Notes under the pieces: model-generated
Seen by the model: only the letters and a program-made list of their open reading frames with translations
Database searches by the model: none
Told to the model about the DNA's origin: nothing
Program-made: the position numbers and the translations under genes
NCBI RefSeq assembly: GCF_009914755.1
Contig: NC_060925.1
Source: the human T2T-CHM13v2.0 reference genome, Homo sapiens
Direction: 5' to 3' (one strand)
Length of the DNA: 64,000 nucleotides
Part shown: positions 1 to 14,139 of the stretch, piece after piece
Layout of the letters: every line of letters starts with the position of its first letter
How positions within the stretch are numbered: the first letter of the stretch is position 1

Positions 1-2118
1 AAGTGTCCAGTACTCTGCTGTGATAGCAAGAAATAGGTGTCAATAATATGCCTGATAGCCAATTTTTCTAGTTGTTCTTCTGATGCTAGTTACACTACAA
101 TGGAAATTAGACTCACAACTGTGTAATCTCCTTGTTGGCACTGTTTGAATAGCCTGCTCCTATTTTAGCAGCATTTTCCCCCAAACAGGCTAATTTTGGA
201 GAGTACGTTTGAATGTGGAAAGAGACATTTTAATCTGGAAGCATTTATTATAAACTCACATTGTTACAGCAAATGGCCCACATTCAAGAAGGAAGCACTC
301 TCTTATCATTTTTCGCCTTCCTTGATCTTCTGTTTGAAACAGAATGGATATGTATTGAATGTGCTAACTTGGTAAACATGCACTTTTATGGTGTCTCTGT
401 GAGCTGGCTTTGAACACGGTTCAGAGAGGTTTACAACAAAGAAGCCAGTCGGTGTCGGTTCGCCCAATGTCAACTTAAATACCAGGTTTATCCATGACTA
501 AACAATATGTTACGGGGATTTTCTTCTCAGAGCTTTGCTGGATTGGACTGTTTGTTTGGTATCACATAGACCTGGTTTAATTTCCTAAAATTCATGGCTT
601 CAGTGACAACCAAGTATATTTGCTGATGATGAATTTGAGCACTTATTTTTTTCTCTGTCTAACAAAACATACCGCAGACAACCTCATTCCCAACAGCCTA
701 ACAATAAGTAAGTTAGCATGTGATGCCTATGACTTCAACTTTAAAAATTTATGGTGCCTCTATTTATTCTTGTCAATTTTAAGAGTTAATGCAGCTTCTT
801 GAAAAATCGTTTAAGGGCAATGCGGTAAAACATGGGCATGTCTCACAGCAGAAATGTGAGATTTGCTCATATACAAAATCAAAACGGATCATAAAACAGC
901 CACTGAAACCTTTTGCCAATTGTCTGTAAAAGGAGACCCCTAATGACCTACAGCAGGAATATAGATGCAAAGTCGTACTTTGCCTCATGCCCTGGGGAGG
1001 TTTTTGGCCTTAAGATTTTGTCTCCTTGCTGCCAAATGCTGAAGCCAAGTGCATTGCTAAAGCTTTAGACACATTTTCATCAATAAAATTTCTTATAAAA
1101 CAGATCCTGAAAATGCTGAACCTATCTGCCAAGTAGCCAATTAATTATTTTACATCTTTGTTGAACAATGGGTAAAGGTTTTACCATCACAAATCAGTGT
1201 TCTGAAAACCACAAGGCCTAGCTTTCAATTAGCAGGAAGCATCACAATTAGGGATGAAAAGAAGTAATGCTGCATGTTGGAAATTCTCCCAATAAAGAAT
1301 AAAACTCCCAAGGAACAATGACCCAACTAATTTGAGGGAGTTAGGTTTTTAGAAAACCAGATCCTTGTTAAAGGGTAAAGCTCAAACACTGCTCAGATTC
1401 CTAGATGCCTCAGTCTTCTCATCCACCCTCCCAGTAGCCCTTTCTTTCCATAAGTTGTAGCTATTGAATTTGGACTATGCTTCCCCACTATGTGTTAGAT
1501 GCTGTGAATCCCAGTTCAAACACTGTGAGTCCACTCTATCATTGACAGGCACAATCCTGCACTGGGTCCATGGGGAATGGTGCCTCCAGTTCTATGATTC
1601 TCTGCATTTTCCAGAGAAGAGGAAAACCTTAGTACTCACACAGTTGATCTGGTTTGTCAAATTCAGGAATAGAAGGAGAGGCCCTGTAGGAGAGCATGTT
1701 TCAGGTCCCAGTCTGCTGACTTGGATCTTAAGGCAGGCCAATTGGAAACAGTGATGTCAAACTGAATAGGCCATGCAATCAAGTGTCATATTTGTTTACT
1801 TAACCAACAACCTGCAGGGAGACATAAGAAGCTGACAATTGGGAATGGAACAAGGAATTGTCTTTCAGGCTACAGTCCAGGGAAGAGGGAGACTAGAATC
1901 TTCATTCTTGAGTGAAATTCCTGAACCTTCTGGAACCCTGGGATATTTAAGTAGCAAGAGGTGTGTGTGTGGCGGAGTGTGTGGGGGGATGCAGAAGTCT
2001 CTAGAAACAATTTCATATGATAAAATAGGATGAAGCTTCTATTGAGAAGCTTGACTTGTCTTCTTGAGTCTCAGTATCTCCAGTATCCTCCGGGATATTA
2101 AGATATGTCTGTGATTGT

Positions 2119-2643
2119 TGTTAAATAAAAATTACAGGAGGCCATTGCTTTGGACTAGACTCCTGCACTAAGCCTCAACAGGCCAGACAAAATAAAAATG
2201 GAGTCACCCATGCTAAAGTTCCATGTCATCAAACTGAAACTAAGTTGTTGTCTAACATTCCAAGGAATCAGAAGAAAAAGATAACAGCCAATTTCCCAAA
2301 CAGGCCAGTTTCAGCTTTCAATTGTCATGTGAAGTTCCCTGTGTTTTCATCTTTAACTTGAAGTGACCTGATGTTAACCAGTCAGTTATTTTTCTATTGT
2401 TCTGTCTCTCTGTCCCCATCGTATAAGTAAAGTAACTTTGAAATGACCAATCCATTTTGTTTTGTTTTGTTTTGTTTCTGCTTTCCTCAGTCCTTTTTCT
2501 GCCTATAAAGCAAACCTCCTCTGCTCCACTCATCGAGACACTTATCCTATTTTATGGAATGAAGTGTTGCCTGATTCTAGAATCACAGTAAAATCAGTTG
2601 AGGTCATTTAATCTAAATTATGTTTTAATTTTGTCTTTTGACA
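2119..2643 (+). mobile_element. ERV1-class (MER4-group-like) solo LTR
   Basis: TG...CA termini (TGTTAAATAAAA ... CTTTTGACA); internal CCAAT and TATAAA; AAAATGGAGTC motif typical of ERV1 LTRs; exact family not assigned. Confidence 0.7.
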
Positions 2644-3550
2644 GGGTCCTTACTTTCAAATCTCTAACAATTTCAGGACATTGAACTTGCCCCTGGAGAA
2701 AACACCCACTCTCAACTGGCTTCGCTTGAACAAAAATTCCCAGAGTTGTGCATTTTGACCTTGGAGTCATAGGGGTGGCTCCTGTTGGAATTCCTGGAAG
2801 CCACAGATTTACATCAGAGAAAAAAAAAAAAATTGGCTTGGCTTTTTTCTCTTTACCCTGTCCAGGATGAAATCCCATACTTTCAGAAACTTGTTAGTGA
2901 AAACTGTTGGCAGGTCTTAGTACATGTGTTCAATACTTGTACCTTCTCCTGTCCCATGTGAGTGAATGTTCAGCTCTGGTCTTGCGCATGTTTTCTATCT
3001 CTGTGTTGCTAGCCAAGTCAAAATCATCCACACTACTTCTTCATGATGGGCCATGAGAAAGAATACTGAGAGGAATTTGGTACAGTTTTCTTTTTGGTAC
3101 CAGTTCAGCATCTGTGACATCCTCATTTTAAGGTGGCCCAATCTATAAAAGAAATTTGCATTTACAAATAAGATGAATTTGGTAGAATATAATTTTCTTT
3201 AAGAAAGGAGTTTTTATTAGTGGAATAACCACCGGCTCCCTTAATAATATACTCTTTAATGCTTCATTGCTGTGATTCAGATTTCTCTAAATCTGATTCC
3301 CAGAGAAGTTTTCAGAAGCATACTAATGATAGATCAATTGCTAGTAACATTCTTTATGGGGTCATACATAAAGTCCTTTAAGCAAATTATTCCTGAAAAA
3401 TGTGTTTGAAATTCAAATGTCTGAAAGGCAAACAAAACCCAACAAAACAATGACTTATATATTATAAGGGAAATGTGTTCCCAAAGAAATAGAAATATTA
3501 TGAAATCTCTGACTTGTTCAAGCATTATTTCCATAGGCTCAAGCCACCTC

Positions 3551-3950
3551 TGTCTTAGTCAGTTTGGGCTGCTATAACCAATATACCATAGACTAGGTGG
3601 CTTACAAAACAAATATTTATTTCTCACAGTTCTGGAGACTGGAGAGTCCAAGATTTAAGATGCTGGCTGATCCAGTGTCTGGTGAGGGCTCACTTCCTGG
3701 TTTACAGATAGCAATCTTCCTTATGTCCTCACCCAACAGAGAGCAGAGAGAGAGACAGAGAGACAGACAGAGAGAGACAGAGAGACAGACAGAGAGAGAG
3801 ACACACAGAGACAGAGAGAGAGAAACAGAGAGAGAGAGACAGAGAGAGAGAGAGAATCTCTCATATGTATCTACTTTTAAGGGCACTAATCCCATTTTTG
3901 AGGGATCCACACACATGATCTAATCACCTCTCAAAGACCCTACCTCCTAA
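3551..3950 (-). mobile_element. MaLR LTR (MLT1A-like), truncated
   Basis: TGTCTTAGTCAGTTTGGGCTGCTATAAC...TTTATTTCTCACAGTTCTGGAG...CATGATCTAATCACCTC matches MLT1 reverse complement. Confidence 0.85.
3737..3855. repeat. (GA)n/(GACA)n compound microsatellite inside MLT1
   Basis: directly visible. Confidence 0.95.
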
Positions 3951-3969
3951 TTCAGTCTGTAGCAACTGG

Positions 3970-4079
3970 AGCTGTGTGGTTTATACAGGATCACGTAGAA
4001 AGGTGGTACAACACACTGTCAATCACTTCCATTTTGTGTCTTCAATCTTTAAATCTGTCTGTCTCAGTCATACTGAGAA
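3970..4079 (+). repeat. ~110 bp direct repeat, copy 1 (copy 2 at 5725-5835)
   Basis: AGCTGTGTGGTTT.TACAGGATCAC.TAGAAA.GTGGTA...GTCAATCACTTCCATTTT...TCTCAGTCATACTGAGAA present twice. Confidence 0.9.
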
Positions 4080-4629
4080 CCTAGGCTAAAAAGAACATTC
4101 TCTGGTAGACGGGGGCTTGTGTACACAGGTGCCAATTTCCCCTGGGGTCTTGGAAGTCAAACCAAGCACCTACCAGTCCCCACCTTCATTGCAGAAGTCT
4201 GGGCTGAAAGCTGAGCAGTGTTTTACTTTCACACCTCCTGCTTGGATATGTTGGGTACTTTTCCTCACCACCATCACCTGAGTGAAGCCCTCTTAGGCAC
4301 AAGTGACTACTTTGGGGGGGGGTTTCTAACTGCTGCCTATCAAACAGTGGTGTTTTGAGCCAGGAAGCTGGATGACAGAAGAGGTTAATTCTTGAGGGGG
4401 TCCACAAGAGATGGATAGCTCCATTTATGTGATAAATAAGGTTCCCACCTCTGCCTCCTCATTTTGCTGTTTCCTGTTTCCCCTGCAACAAATAAACATA
4501 TTATCTTAGTATTCTGTAAGCAGAATCCAAAAAATAATACGCTGTGAATTATAAAATATAATTTGCCTCCTAAAAGATCACAAACATCTTATCTTGCATT
4601 ATGATGAAAGACAAGTTTGAGGCAATTAT

Positions 4630-4820
4630 CCCTAACAGTCAGAAAGAAGGGTAGACTTTCAGGCCAGATTTTATCATTTGCTAAATTTGGCACCTCTGGG
4701 CAAGTCTTTTGATCCTTGTGCCTCTCAGTGTCCTCATCTTTACTATGGGGAGAGTCACTCCAACCTCAATGGATTGCTAAGAGATGATGTATGGGAAACC
4801 ACCTTGTGTAATTCTTGGAA
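4630..4820. mobile_element. MIR fragment
   Basis: CTCTGGGCAAGTC...GTGCCTCTCAGTGTCCTCATCT MIR core-like. Confidence 0.6.
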
Positions 4821-5724
4821 CATCATACTACCTGAAAAAAATTTTCCATCTGAAAAATCTGTATTACTCAGTGGTGTTATAGAATAGATTCCTTTGTTCT
4901 GTTCAATAAGCTGCATTAACGTTCAGATGTTCAGCCCTTCTCTGTGTCTTTGAGCATGTGTGTGATGGTGAGGGCATGGGGAAGAGGGGACAAAATCCAA
5001 CATCACTTCTTGATATACTTTTTTTCCTTTTAGGACATTTAGTTTATTTCCTGTAAGCATTCATATCCTTATCTTTTTATCTCATCTTGTGATCTAACAT
5101 TGGATTAGAAGAGCTCTGAGAGGTAGGAACCCTCTATTTTATGGGAGTCTTCTCCCAGCTCAGCCTCAAAAGATGCACGCCCCCTGAGAGAGAGTCACAG
5201 CTGGCATGGCTCTGGGAGCAGATGTTTCTGAGAGAAATGCCTAGGTGGTTGGTCTCAACATAGAGCTGCAGGCGCCCCAGTGCCTGAACAAGGAATAAAA
5301 GGGATTCAGAAGTTTCCAACAAGGGGCAAAGAAGATGACTGGATATTAACCAGAGGGTGTTTTCCCTAGAGAGGACACAAGGGAAGCAAGAGCTGGTGCT
5401 CTAGCAGAGGGCTGCGTGTGGACCACTCAAGCTGAAAAGCAAATGAGAGCTGCAGTCACGTATTGGGAACAAGGATGCTGTGGGAACTGAGCAAGGGTCC
5501 CTGCAGCATCAGAAAAAATAGAGCTTTGACTGCAATTAGCAAACAAGACCTGCGCTGTATGAAGTGTGGACACCTCAAGGATGCGGAAGCCAGTAGAAGG
5601 ATAAGAAGGCCCTTCCTCACCTGTCGTAATGCACTTCCTGAAGAGAGCACAGTTTATTATAGAATCACGTGAACCCTTTGGTACCGAGCTGGTCTCCGGA
5701 AATAAGGAGTTGCTGGGGGTGGAA

Positions 5725-5835
5725 AGCTGTGTGGTTTGTACAGGATCACATAGAAAAGTGGTAGGACACACAGTCAATCACTTCCATTTTGGTGTCTTTA
5801 ATCTTCAAATCTGACTGTCTCAGTCATACTGAGAA
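5725..5835 (+). repeat. ~110 bp direct repeat, copy 2
   Basis: manual alignment to 3970-4079, roughly 85-90% identical. Confidence 0.9.
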
Positions 5836-5894
5836 AATTGAAGCAATTAAGAATTCAATTTGAGACTCAATAATAATTGTTTATAAACAGTATC

Positions 5895-6303
5895 TGATAT
5901 AGTTTGGATGTTTGTCCCCTCCAAATCTCATGCTGAAATGTAATCCCCAATGTTGGAAGTGGGGCCTAGTGGGGGGTTTTTGGGTCATGGAGGCAGAGAC
6001 CTCCTGAATGGCGTGGTGACTTCCCCTTGGCAATGAGCAAACTCTCACTCATGTGAGAGCTGGTTGTTTACAGGAGACTGGCACCTCCTCTTCTCTTTTG
6101 CTTTCTTTCTCACCAAGTGACACACCAGCTCCCTCTTTGCCTTCTGCCATGAGTGTCAGTTTCCTGAGGTCTTCACCAGAAGCAGTGCTGATGCCATGCT
6201 TGTACAGCCTGCAGAACTGTGAGCCGAATAAACCTCTTTTCTTTATAAATCACCCAGTCTTGGGTATTATTTTTTTTTTTGCAACACAAAATGAACTAAC
6301 ACA
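5895..6303 (+). mobile_element. MaLR solo LTR (MST family)
   Basis: TGATATAGTTTGGATGTTTGTCCCCTCCAAATCTCATG ... AATAAACCTCTTTTCTTTATAAAT ... ACTAACACA; flanks GTATC/GTATA. Confidence 0.9.
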
Positions 6304-6342
6304 GTATATCATTGTGATAACTCTATATCTATCTATGTATAT

Positions 6343-6631
6343 ATTTTTGAGACACGGTTTCACTCTGTCACTCAGGCTGGAGTACAGTGGCATGATCATA
6401 GCTCACTGCAGCCTTGAACTCTCAGGCTCAAGTGATTCTCATATCTTAACCTCCTGAGTAACTGGGACTACAGGCAGATGCCACCGCGCCTGGCTAATTT
6501 TTGTATTTTTTTGTAGAGACTGTGTTTTGCCATGTTGCCCAGGGTGGCCTTGAACTTGTGAACTCAAGTGATCTGGCCGGCTTGGCCTCACAAAATGCTG
6601 GGATTACTGGCATGAGCCATTGCACCTGGCT
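6343..6631 (-). mobile_element. Alu (AluJ-like)
   Basis: dimeric Alu reverse complement, ATCATAGCTCACTGCAGCC old-subfamily signature. Confidence 0.9.
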
Positions 6632-7068
6632 GGTAAATCTATATTTTTAACACAGAGGAACTTCATAAAGTATTTCCACATGAGGACATCTATAAAAATA
6701 AAATCATAAACTTATATAATGAAAGATGTTCTACTACTATTCCCTAGGACTGAATAATCTGCAGAAAATTTTCCTTTTCTGACAATTAATGGTAAGCTCC
6801 ACAAGGTAGGGAGTTTTGTGTATTTTGTTCACTAAATTTATCCCATGCCTCAATTAGTGCTTGGAATTTAAGTGCTAAGTATTTGCTGAATTGTTAATAA
6901 GGTCATAGTAATCAGTAGGCTGGGGGAGAACGGGGAAAAAATAAGCAGGCAAACTACCTGATTTGAAAGTCCAGCTTAAATTAGAAAAAGAATATAACAG
7001 TTTTTAATTTTTAATCAACTATTCAGACACAATTTATGTAGAATAAAATTCAGCCTTTTAAATTAATA

Positions 7069-7650
7069 CAGGCTGAGCATCCCGAATCCCCAAATCCCAA
7101 ATCCAAAATGTTCCAAAATAGAAATGTTCTGAGTGCTGATGTGATGCCACAAGTAGAAAATCCCACACCTGGCATTTTGGATTTTGGATTAGGGATGCTC
7201 AATCTGTGTACAAGTGTTCTGAAGATGCTACTGTGCTGCTTAGTTACTCTGAACATATCATTTTTCACTGTATTCATGGTATGTCACTTTTTTTACTGTT
7301 AAGTACTTTTGTGTATAAGAAAATGATTGCTTCTCAGTAACATAAATTCAGTCAGGAATAATGGTGATGCGAAACAACCACAGATCATCCTCATGGGTGG
7401 CTGAGATGGCAACACCTTTGCTTTCTGATGGTTCAGTGTACACAAACTTTGTTTCATGCACAGAATTATTTAAATATTATAAAAATTACTTTCAGGCTAT
7501 GTATATAAAAAAACTAATCTTGTGTTTTGACTTGGGTCCCATCCCCAAGATGTCTCGTTAGGTATATATAACTATTCTAAAATCTGAAAGGAATCCAAAA
7601 CTGGAAATGCTTCTCATCCCAAGCATTTCAGATAGGGGATGGTTAACCTG
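7069..7650. mobile_element. Tigger4/MER46 (Zombi)-type DNA transposon deletion derivative, inserted in an old L1
   Basis: TIRs CAGGCTGAGCATCCC / GGGATGGTTAACCTG flanked by TA on both sides. Confidence 0.8.
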
Positions 7651-8346
7651 TAGTTTGATATGTCTTGACACTTATTCACTAGTGTAACTACCAATCCAAA
7701 TGAGGTATAAAGCATTTCTATTTCCTCAAAGATTCCTATTGTCTCTTCTCAGTTAACACTGGCAATCCCTGTACCCAGACAACCACTGATCCTATTTAGG
7801 CTCTAATGTTAGATTAGATTTTCCCCCCATTCTAGAATTTCATATAAACATAATCATATTGTGTGTACTTTTTTCTATCTGGCTTCTTTTTCACAGCATA
7901 ATGTTTTGCAGCTTCATCCATGTTGCAGTGTGTATTAATAATTCATTTCTTTTTACTGTTAAGTATTATTCAATTGTATGAATATACCATCATATATGGT
8001 ATCCACTAGCTTTTTTGACATTTAATTTGTTTCCAGTTTTTTTACTATTATAAATAAATACGTAATGTGAACTCTTATATACATAAGCACATATTCATGT
8101 GGACGTATGTTTTATTTCTCTTGGGTAAATATCTTGAAGTAGAATTTATGTGTCACATACAGATGTGTGTTTAAATTTGTAAGAAACTGCCATGCTGTTT
8201 TCAAAGTGTTAGTACCATTTTACATGCTGCCACCACCAGCAATGCAGGAGAGTTTCAGGTGCTTCACATTTTTGCCCAGAGTTGGTAGTGTCAGTCTTTT
8301 TAATTTTAGCCCTCATAGTGGGTGTATAATGGTATTCCGTTGTAGT

Positions 8347-8646
<300 letters not shown>

Positions 8647-9439
8647 ATTTCATTGTAGTTTTAATGAATTATTTCCTTAAGGTTGGTGATTTTTTGTGTC
8701 CTAAGAAGTCTGATTATCCCAAGATTGCAAAGATCTTCCCCTATGTTTTCTTCTAATTTTACAAGTTTAACTTTTATGTGAAGGCTCTGACTCATTTTGA
8801 CTTAGTTTTCAGCATGGTGTACAGTATTTTTGCATAAAATATCTAGTTGTTTCAGCGTCTCCCCCCATTGAATTACCTGAGGATCTTTTTTGAAAATCAA
8901 TTGACTATATATGTGTAGTAATACTTCTGGACTTTCCATGCTCTGCCTTTGGTATATATATTTATTCCTTTGTCAATATCTCAGTGTCTTGCATACTATA
9001 ACCTTGCATTAAATTCTGAAATCAGGTAGTGTGAATTCTTCAAATTCCTTTTTCAATATTGCTTTGGCTATTTTTGGCTCTTTGCATATAAGTTTTACTA
9101 TTGGCTTGTCAATTTCTACAAAACAAGTACGAAAATTTTGATGGAATTGCATTAAATCTATAAATAAATTTGGGGAGAATTGATAATTTTCCAATATTCA
9201 GTGTTCCAGTCTATGAGCATGGCATATTTCTCCATGTATGTAGGTCTTGAATTTCTATTAGCAATGTTCTGTAGTTTTCAGTAAAGGTATCTTTCATGTT
9301 TTTTGTTAAAGTTATGCTTAAGTAGTTTAAGTTTTTTGGCATTATTGTAAACAATATTGCTTCTTAATTTTATTTTCCAGTTTCTCACTGTTAATATGTC
9401 TGCTCACACACACGCACATACACACACACACACCATACA

Positions 9440-10130
9440 CACACACATAAGTTTCTTTACACCTACAACACTTCAGATAGCAAATGTGTGGAGTTTTCAC
9501 ACCAAGCAATTCTCTAGTTCTCTGTGGACACCAACTCAGAGTCCTATAAATTAATTTTGACATGATATGGAATTAGCACAGAACCCACAGGATAAGGGCT
9601 CAGTCTCACAGACTGTCCCCATCCCGTGAACTCAGGAAGGTACTTTACTTACTATTAGTGGTTTATTATAAAAGATACAATTCATTAATAGCCAGATGCA
9701 TAGGTCAAGGTATGGGGAGAGGGGTATGGCATTTCCGTGTCCTTTCCCATGCACCTCCTTCTGGAACCTTAATGTGCAAATCCATCCAGAAGCTCTCCAA
9801 ACTCCATTGTTAAAGGGTTTTATGGAGGCTCTACTAGATAGACATGATTGATTAAATCATTGGCTATTGGAGATTAAGTTAATCTTCAGTCCCTTTCCTC
9901 TCCCAGGAGGTCAGGGGTGGGGCTAAAATGTTCCAATTCTCTAATTACATCCTTGGTTCACACAGGAACGAGTCCTCATCTTCAAAAAATTACCTCATTA
10001 GCATAAACTTGAATACAGTTGAAAAGGGCTTATTATGGATAACAAAAGATGCTTCTCACTTCCATAGCTCTGTGCCAGGAATCAGGCATGAAGACCAAAT
10101 ATGTATGTCTTGTTATAATACAATATCACA
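9440..10130 (-). mobile_element. MER21-like LTR
   Basis: reverse complement begins TGTGATATTGTATTATAACAAG...TTTGGTCTTC...TTCCTGGCACAGAGCT. Confidence 0.7.
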
Positions 10131-10169
10131 CACACAGATGTATGTGTGTTTGTATATATATTTATAAAA

Positions 10170-12960
10170 ATTTCATCTAAGCTGTCAAATTTGTTGACAT
10201 AAAGTTCATGATATTCTCTTATTCTTTTGCTATTGATAGGATTTTCCTCATTCTTAATATTAGTGATTTGTGTTCTCTTTTCTATCTTGATCTGTTTAGC
10301 TAAGAATTTATAATTTAAAAAATCTTTTATTTGAGAATGTCTTTTTCTTTTAAATTTGCCTTCATTATAAAGGATCTTTTCATTTGGTATAGAATTTTGG
10401 CTTGACAGGTTTGTTTTCTTTCAGCACTTTAAAAATGTTTCATCCTTTTCTGGCCTTAATTGTTTTGATGCATAGATAAAATGTATAATTAACCTACCAA
10501 TAATTTCTGCTTGAATGCATTTTTAAAATTGGTATAAACTTCTTGTTATATTATTATTGGTAGAGTTACATTAAAGTCTAAAACTATGATTGTAGCTTGT
10601 CTGTTATTTCAGCTCTAGTGTATCATTTGTTTAGCTAAGTTACTAGTCCATACGAATTCAGAATCATTTGATTTTTCAGGTTTACTGACACTTTTATTGT
10701 CATGCTATACTGTCTTTTATTTCTAATAATGTTTTATATCTTGAAGTCTACTTTGATTTTGCACAACTATACTTTCTTTTGCTTAGTGCTTTCAAATGTT
10801 CTCTGTCTTTATAGTTAAGGTATGTCTCTTATAAGCAACAAATAGCTGGACTGTATTTCTTTGGTAATTCAGTCCAACATTTTCAGTCTTCAGGTATACT
10901 TACTCCATACTTTGATTTGATTACTGATATACTTGAATTTACATTAATATTCATATTTATCTGTTTGCTGTTTGTCCTATCTGTTTACTGTGATCTTTTC
11001 TCTTTTTTTCTTGCATTCTTTTTTTGATCAATAGTATATTTTTATATTCAATATTAATTCCTACTATCTTTCTAGCTACATATTATTTTACTATTGTTTT
11101 AGCGGTTGCTGCAGGGATTACAGCGCATCCTTGACTTATAGTTTTACCAGTTCCAGGAAAGCAAAAGTGTTTGAAACACTTTAATGTCATTGGTTTTGCC
11201 TTATGTTCTGCATTATAATTTTTATACATTTGGTTCTATGTATATGTCAAGGTTCACCATACATCATCATTGTGTATTGATACCGATTTAGAGGTACTCA
11301 CTGGTTTAACCTTCCTTTGATCCTTTATTTCTTCCTGTATTTCTATGTATCCATCAGGGATTACTTTCTTCTACATTAAGATGTCCCTTTCATTTTTATT
11401 AGAGGATGGGTCTGCTGGTAACTAACTCCATTATTGTGTTTCTGAAAATGCATTTGTCCTACCTTTACTTTTGAAGAATAATTTCACAAGGTAAAGAATT
11501 TAATTCTATTGTCAACTGACTTCCATTATTTATGTATTTCTGTTGAGTAGTCATCTGTCAGTCTTTTTGTTCCTTTCTTGGTTTTACTCAACGCACCCTG
11601 ACCCCACTGCCTTTTAAAATAGGTTTTACTCTTTCTGATTCACTATAAGCAGCCTTATTATATTGTATGTAGATATGATTTTATTTGTGTTTATCTTGCA
11701 TGGTTCTCATAGTACTTCCTGATTCTGTGGCTTGATATGTTTCCTTGGTTTAGGAAATTATATGGAGATTACCCCTTTAATGTGGTTTTTCTTAGGTGTT
11801 GTTTGTCCTCTCTATTTCTGGGATTCAAATTTTTAGATTTCTTTACTGTGCCTTATGTGTTTCTTATGCTCCTTTTTTCGTATTTTCTCTCTTTTTTGGT
11901 TTTCTGCTTCTACCTGGATATTTTCTTTTCTACTGATCTAACTTCTAGTTAGTTCTCCTCTCTGCCGCTAAGTCAAATCAGGTTTTAAAATCATATATTG
12001 AATTCTTAGTTTTAATTATTGCATTTTTTGATGCTAGAGTTTGCATTTGATTCATATGTATGTATATATGTATAATATACATGTAGATAGATAGATTTGA
12101 GTTCTAAGATGAAATTCACAGTCTTATCTATGTTTGATAACTCCAAAAATTGGGTCACATGGGTATATTTTTATTTTTTGTTTTTTTTTTTTCTTTTTTC
12201 TTTATACTGTTTCCATATGCCTGTTAAGTATTGATCAAGTGCTGGGAAAATTAAATGTGGTAGATCACCTTATTCCAATCAGAGAGTAAGCTGACTTGCA
12301 GCTGACTCAGTTGTAACTTTTGTAAAGCTCTATTTATTTGTGATTTGTCCCTGCTCCTAGAGTATGGTTTTCTAGGAGTCACAACTGCTCTTTCTCGGTA
12401 AACCCAAAAGTATAATGTTTGCCTCATTTTCATTATATGATTCTAGAAAACACTGTTTTTTATCATCTTTTTCAGTTTAGCTACTTAGCTTCTAGCCCAG
12501 AGTAGCATAAGGATTCAGCAAATGTCTTGAGGGGAAAAAAAAAAAAAAAAAAAACAGAGTGTCATTCCCCGTGTCTCCCTTCTCATTAGGTTTTGGCCTC
12601 TCAATGCCTGGTTTCCTTGGTAGGCTCAAACTGTAGTATTTGTCTCCCTGGTCCTGTAATATTGCTCAAGACTGCTGTCTTCTCTGTGTCTTAGCAGCAC
12701 CCCTTTGCTTGAATTCTTAGGCTTTTGTTCTATACTGAGAATCAGCCAGTGCTCCTTAGGGGATATACCTTGAAGAATATCAACTCATCTGTCTGAGATT
12801 CCTTTGACTTCAGGATCTTAACTCCCCAAATTTTTATTGCCTTTGCAGATCACCAATGACTTTAAGTTAAACAAAACTGTTTTCTATTTTATCTGGCCTT
12901 GCTAGTTCTTCTGAGCTGAAATGTCCAGAAGAACTAGCTGGGCTGCAACTATTTTACCAT
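10170..12960 (-). mobile_element. Degenerate ancient L1 fragments (ORF2, ORF1 and 5' region)
   Basis: long T-rich tract with scattered L1 antisense motifs; boundaries approximate. Confidence 0.55.
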
Positions 12961-13374
12961 AACTGAAGGCCAAAATCATGCTTGAGACTCCTTGAAAATG
13001 TGTTTGAGTGTGTGTGTTTTTAAAAATTTGAAATATAGTATTTTTTCTTTCCTCTTCCTCCTCAAAACAAGTTTCTCTCATACATTAATTTGCACAACAT
13101 GCAAACAGTAAGTTCAAAAGCTAGCAATTGTGTTCAAGTGGATGAAGGTCCAGCAAATATTTTATCTTTTCAGGGGGACCCCACATCCACACACCATGCT
13201 TCTGACAGTTAGTGAGTGCAGGCTATGGACATTGCACATTTATTTCTAACAATAACTTCTTACCTTCCCTGCTCTGTTCTCAGTCTTAAGCCTACTTCTC
13301 CTTTATTCCTTATCTCTATCCCATTGTCAGCCAAATTCTTGCTCTTTGGACTCTAGTTTACTTAATGCAGTTTA

Positions 13375-13560
13375 GTCCAAGGTTTTTGCAAATGGTATTG
13401 GATTAGAGTCCCCTTATGAAGTAGGCTTTTAAAATGTTAGTAAGCTTGTTACGAATGCAGGTTTCTAGGCTTTGGCCACAGATCCTGAGTCATAGTTGGT
13501 CTGAGATGAACCCTAACAATTTGTATTTTTAGTAAGCACCCTAGCACCCTTGAAACACTG
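13375..13560. mobile_element. MER5-like hAT transposon fragment
   Basis: AATGCAGGTTTCTAGGC...GGTCTGAGATGAACCC...TTTGTATTTTTAGTAAGCACCC. Confidence 0.5.
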
Positions 13561-14139
13561 AGGAGTATTCAGGATATCCTACCTTGGCTCCCACCCCAGG
13601 GCCTCACACTCTGGTACTGGCTGACTTCACCAGTTCTCAGGTCTGGTCTGCCCAGGGCCCCGAGAAGGGACATTACTCACTGTGAGTTTTACTAATGTGG
13701 TTTTGTGCTATTTGAAGTGATCCCTGCCCTCTGGGGAAAAATAATCAGAGGATTATATAGAATTATCTCCCCCAAAGGCTATGAGGACATAGTCCATTAT
13801 CCACCTTAGGTGGCAATATGGTGGATTATGTGGCATTTCATCTTTGCTACTCTCTGACTCAGAATATTTAGAATGTAAAGTTAAACCCAGAAACACCTGC
13901 CATTGATTGTCTGAACTATTCTTGGGCAATCTGGAAAACCCTTTCTCATCTGATACACATAGTCTCCCCAACATTTTAAGCTATTATTTGGAACATTTCT
14001 ATTCTTTGTTTTATACTTAAGACTGTGAGCCAAGCCAAGAAGACATTTTTGTATTCCCCTGTCTCCTCCCTACCAGTGTTGGAGGAACGTCAACATGAAA
14101 GAAGAAGGGATATTATTTAGGGTGGCCTAAGGGGTAATA

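Noticed and set aside
3597-3923. ORFs with RE/RQ or SL repeats
   Set aside because: Translation of the GA microsatellite within MLT1
5427-5814. Cluster of short ORFs on both strands
   Set aside because: No homology recognised; overlaps degenerate LTR-like sequence and the local duplication
7069-7205. Internal inverted repeat at the Tigger4 end
   Set aside because: Internal TIR-like palindromes are a known property of Tigger4/MER46 derivatives
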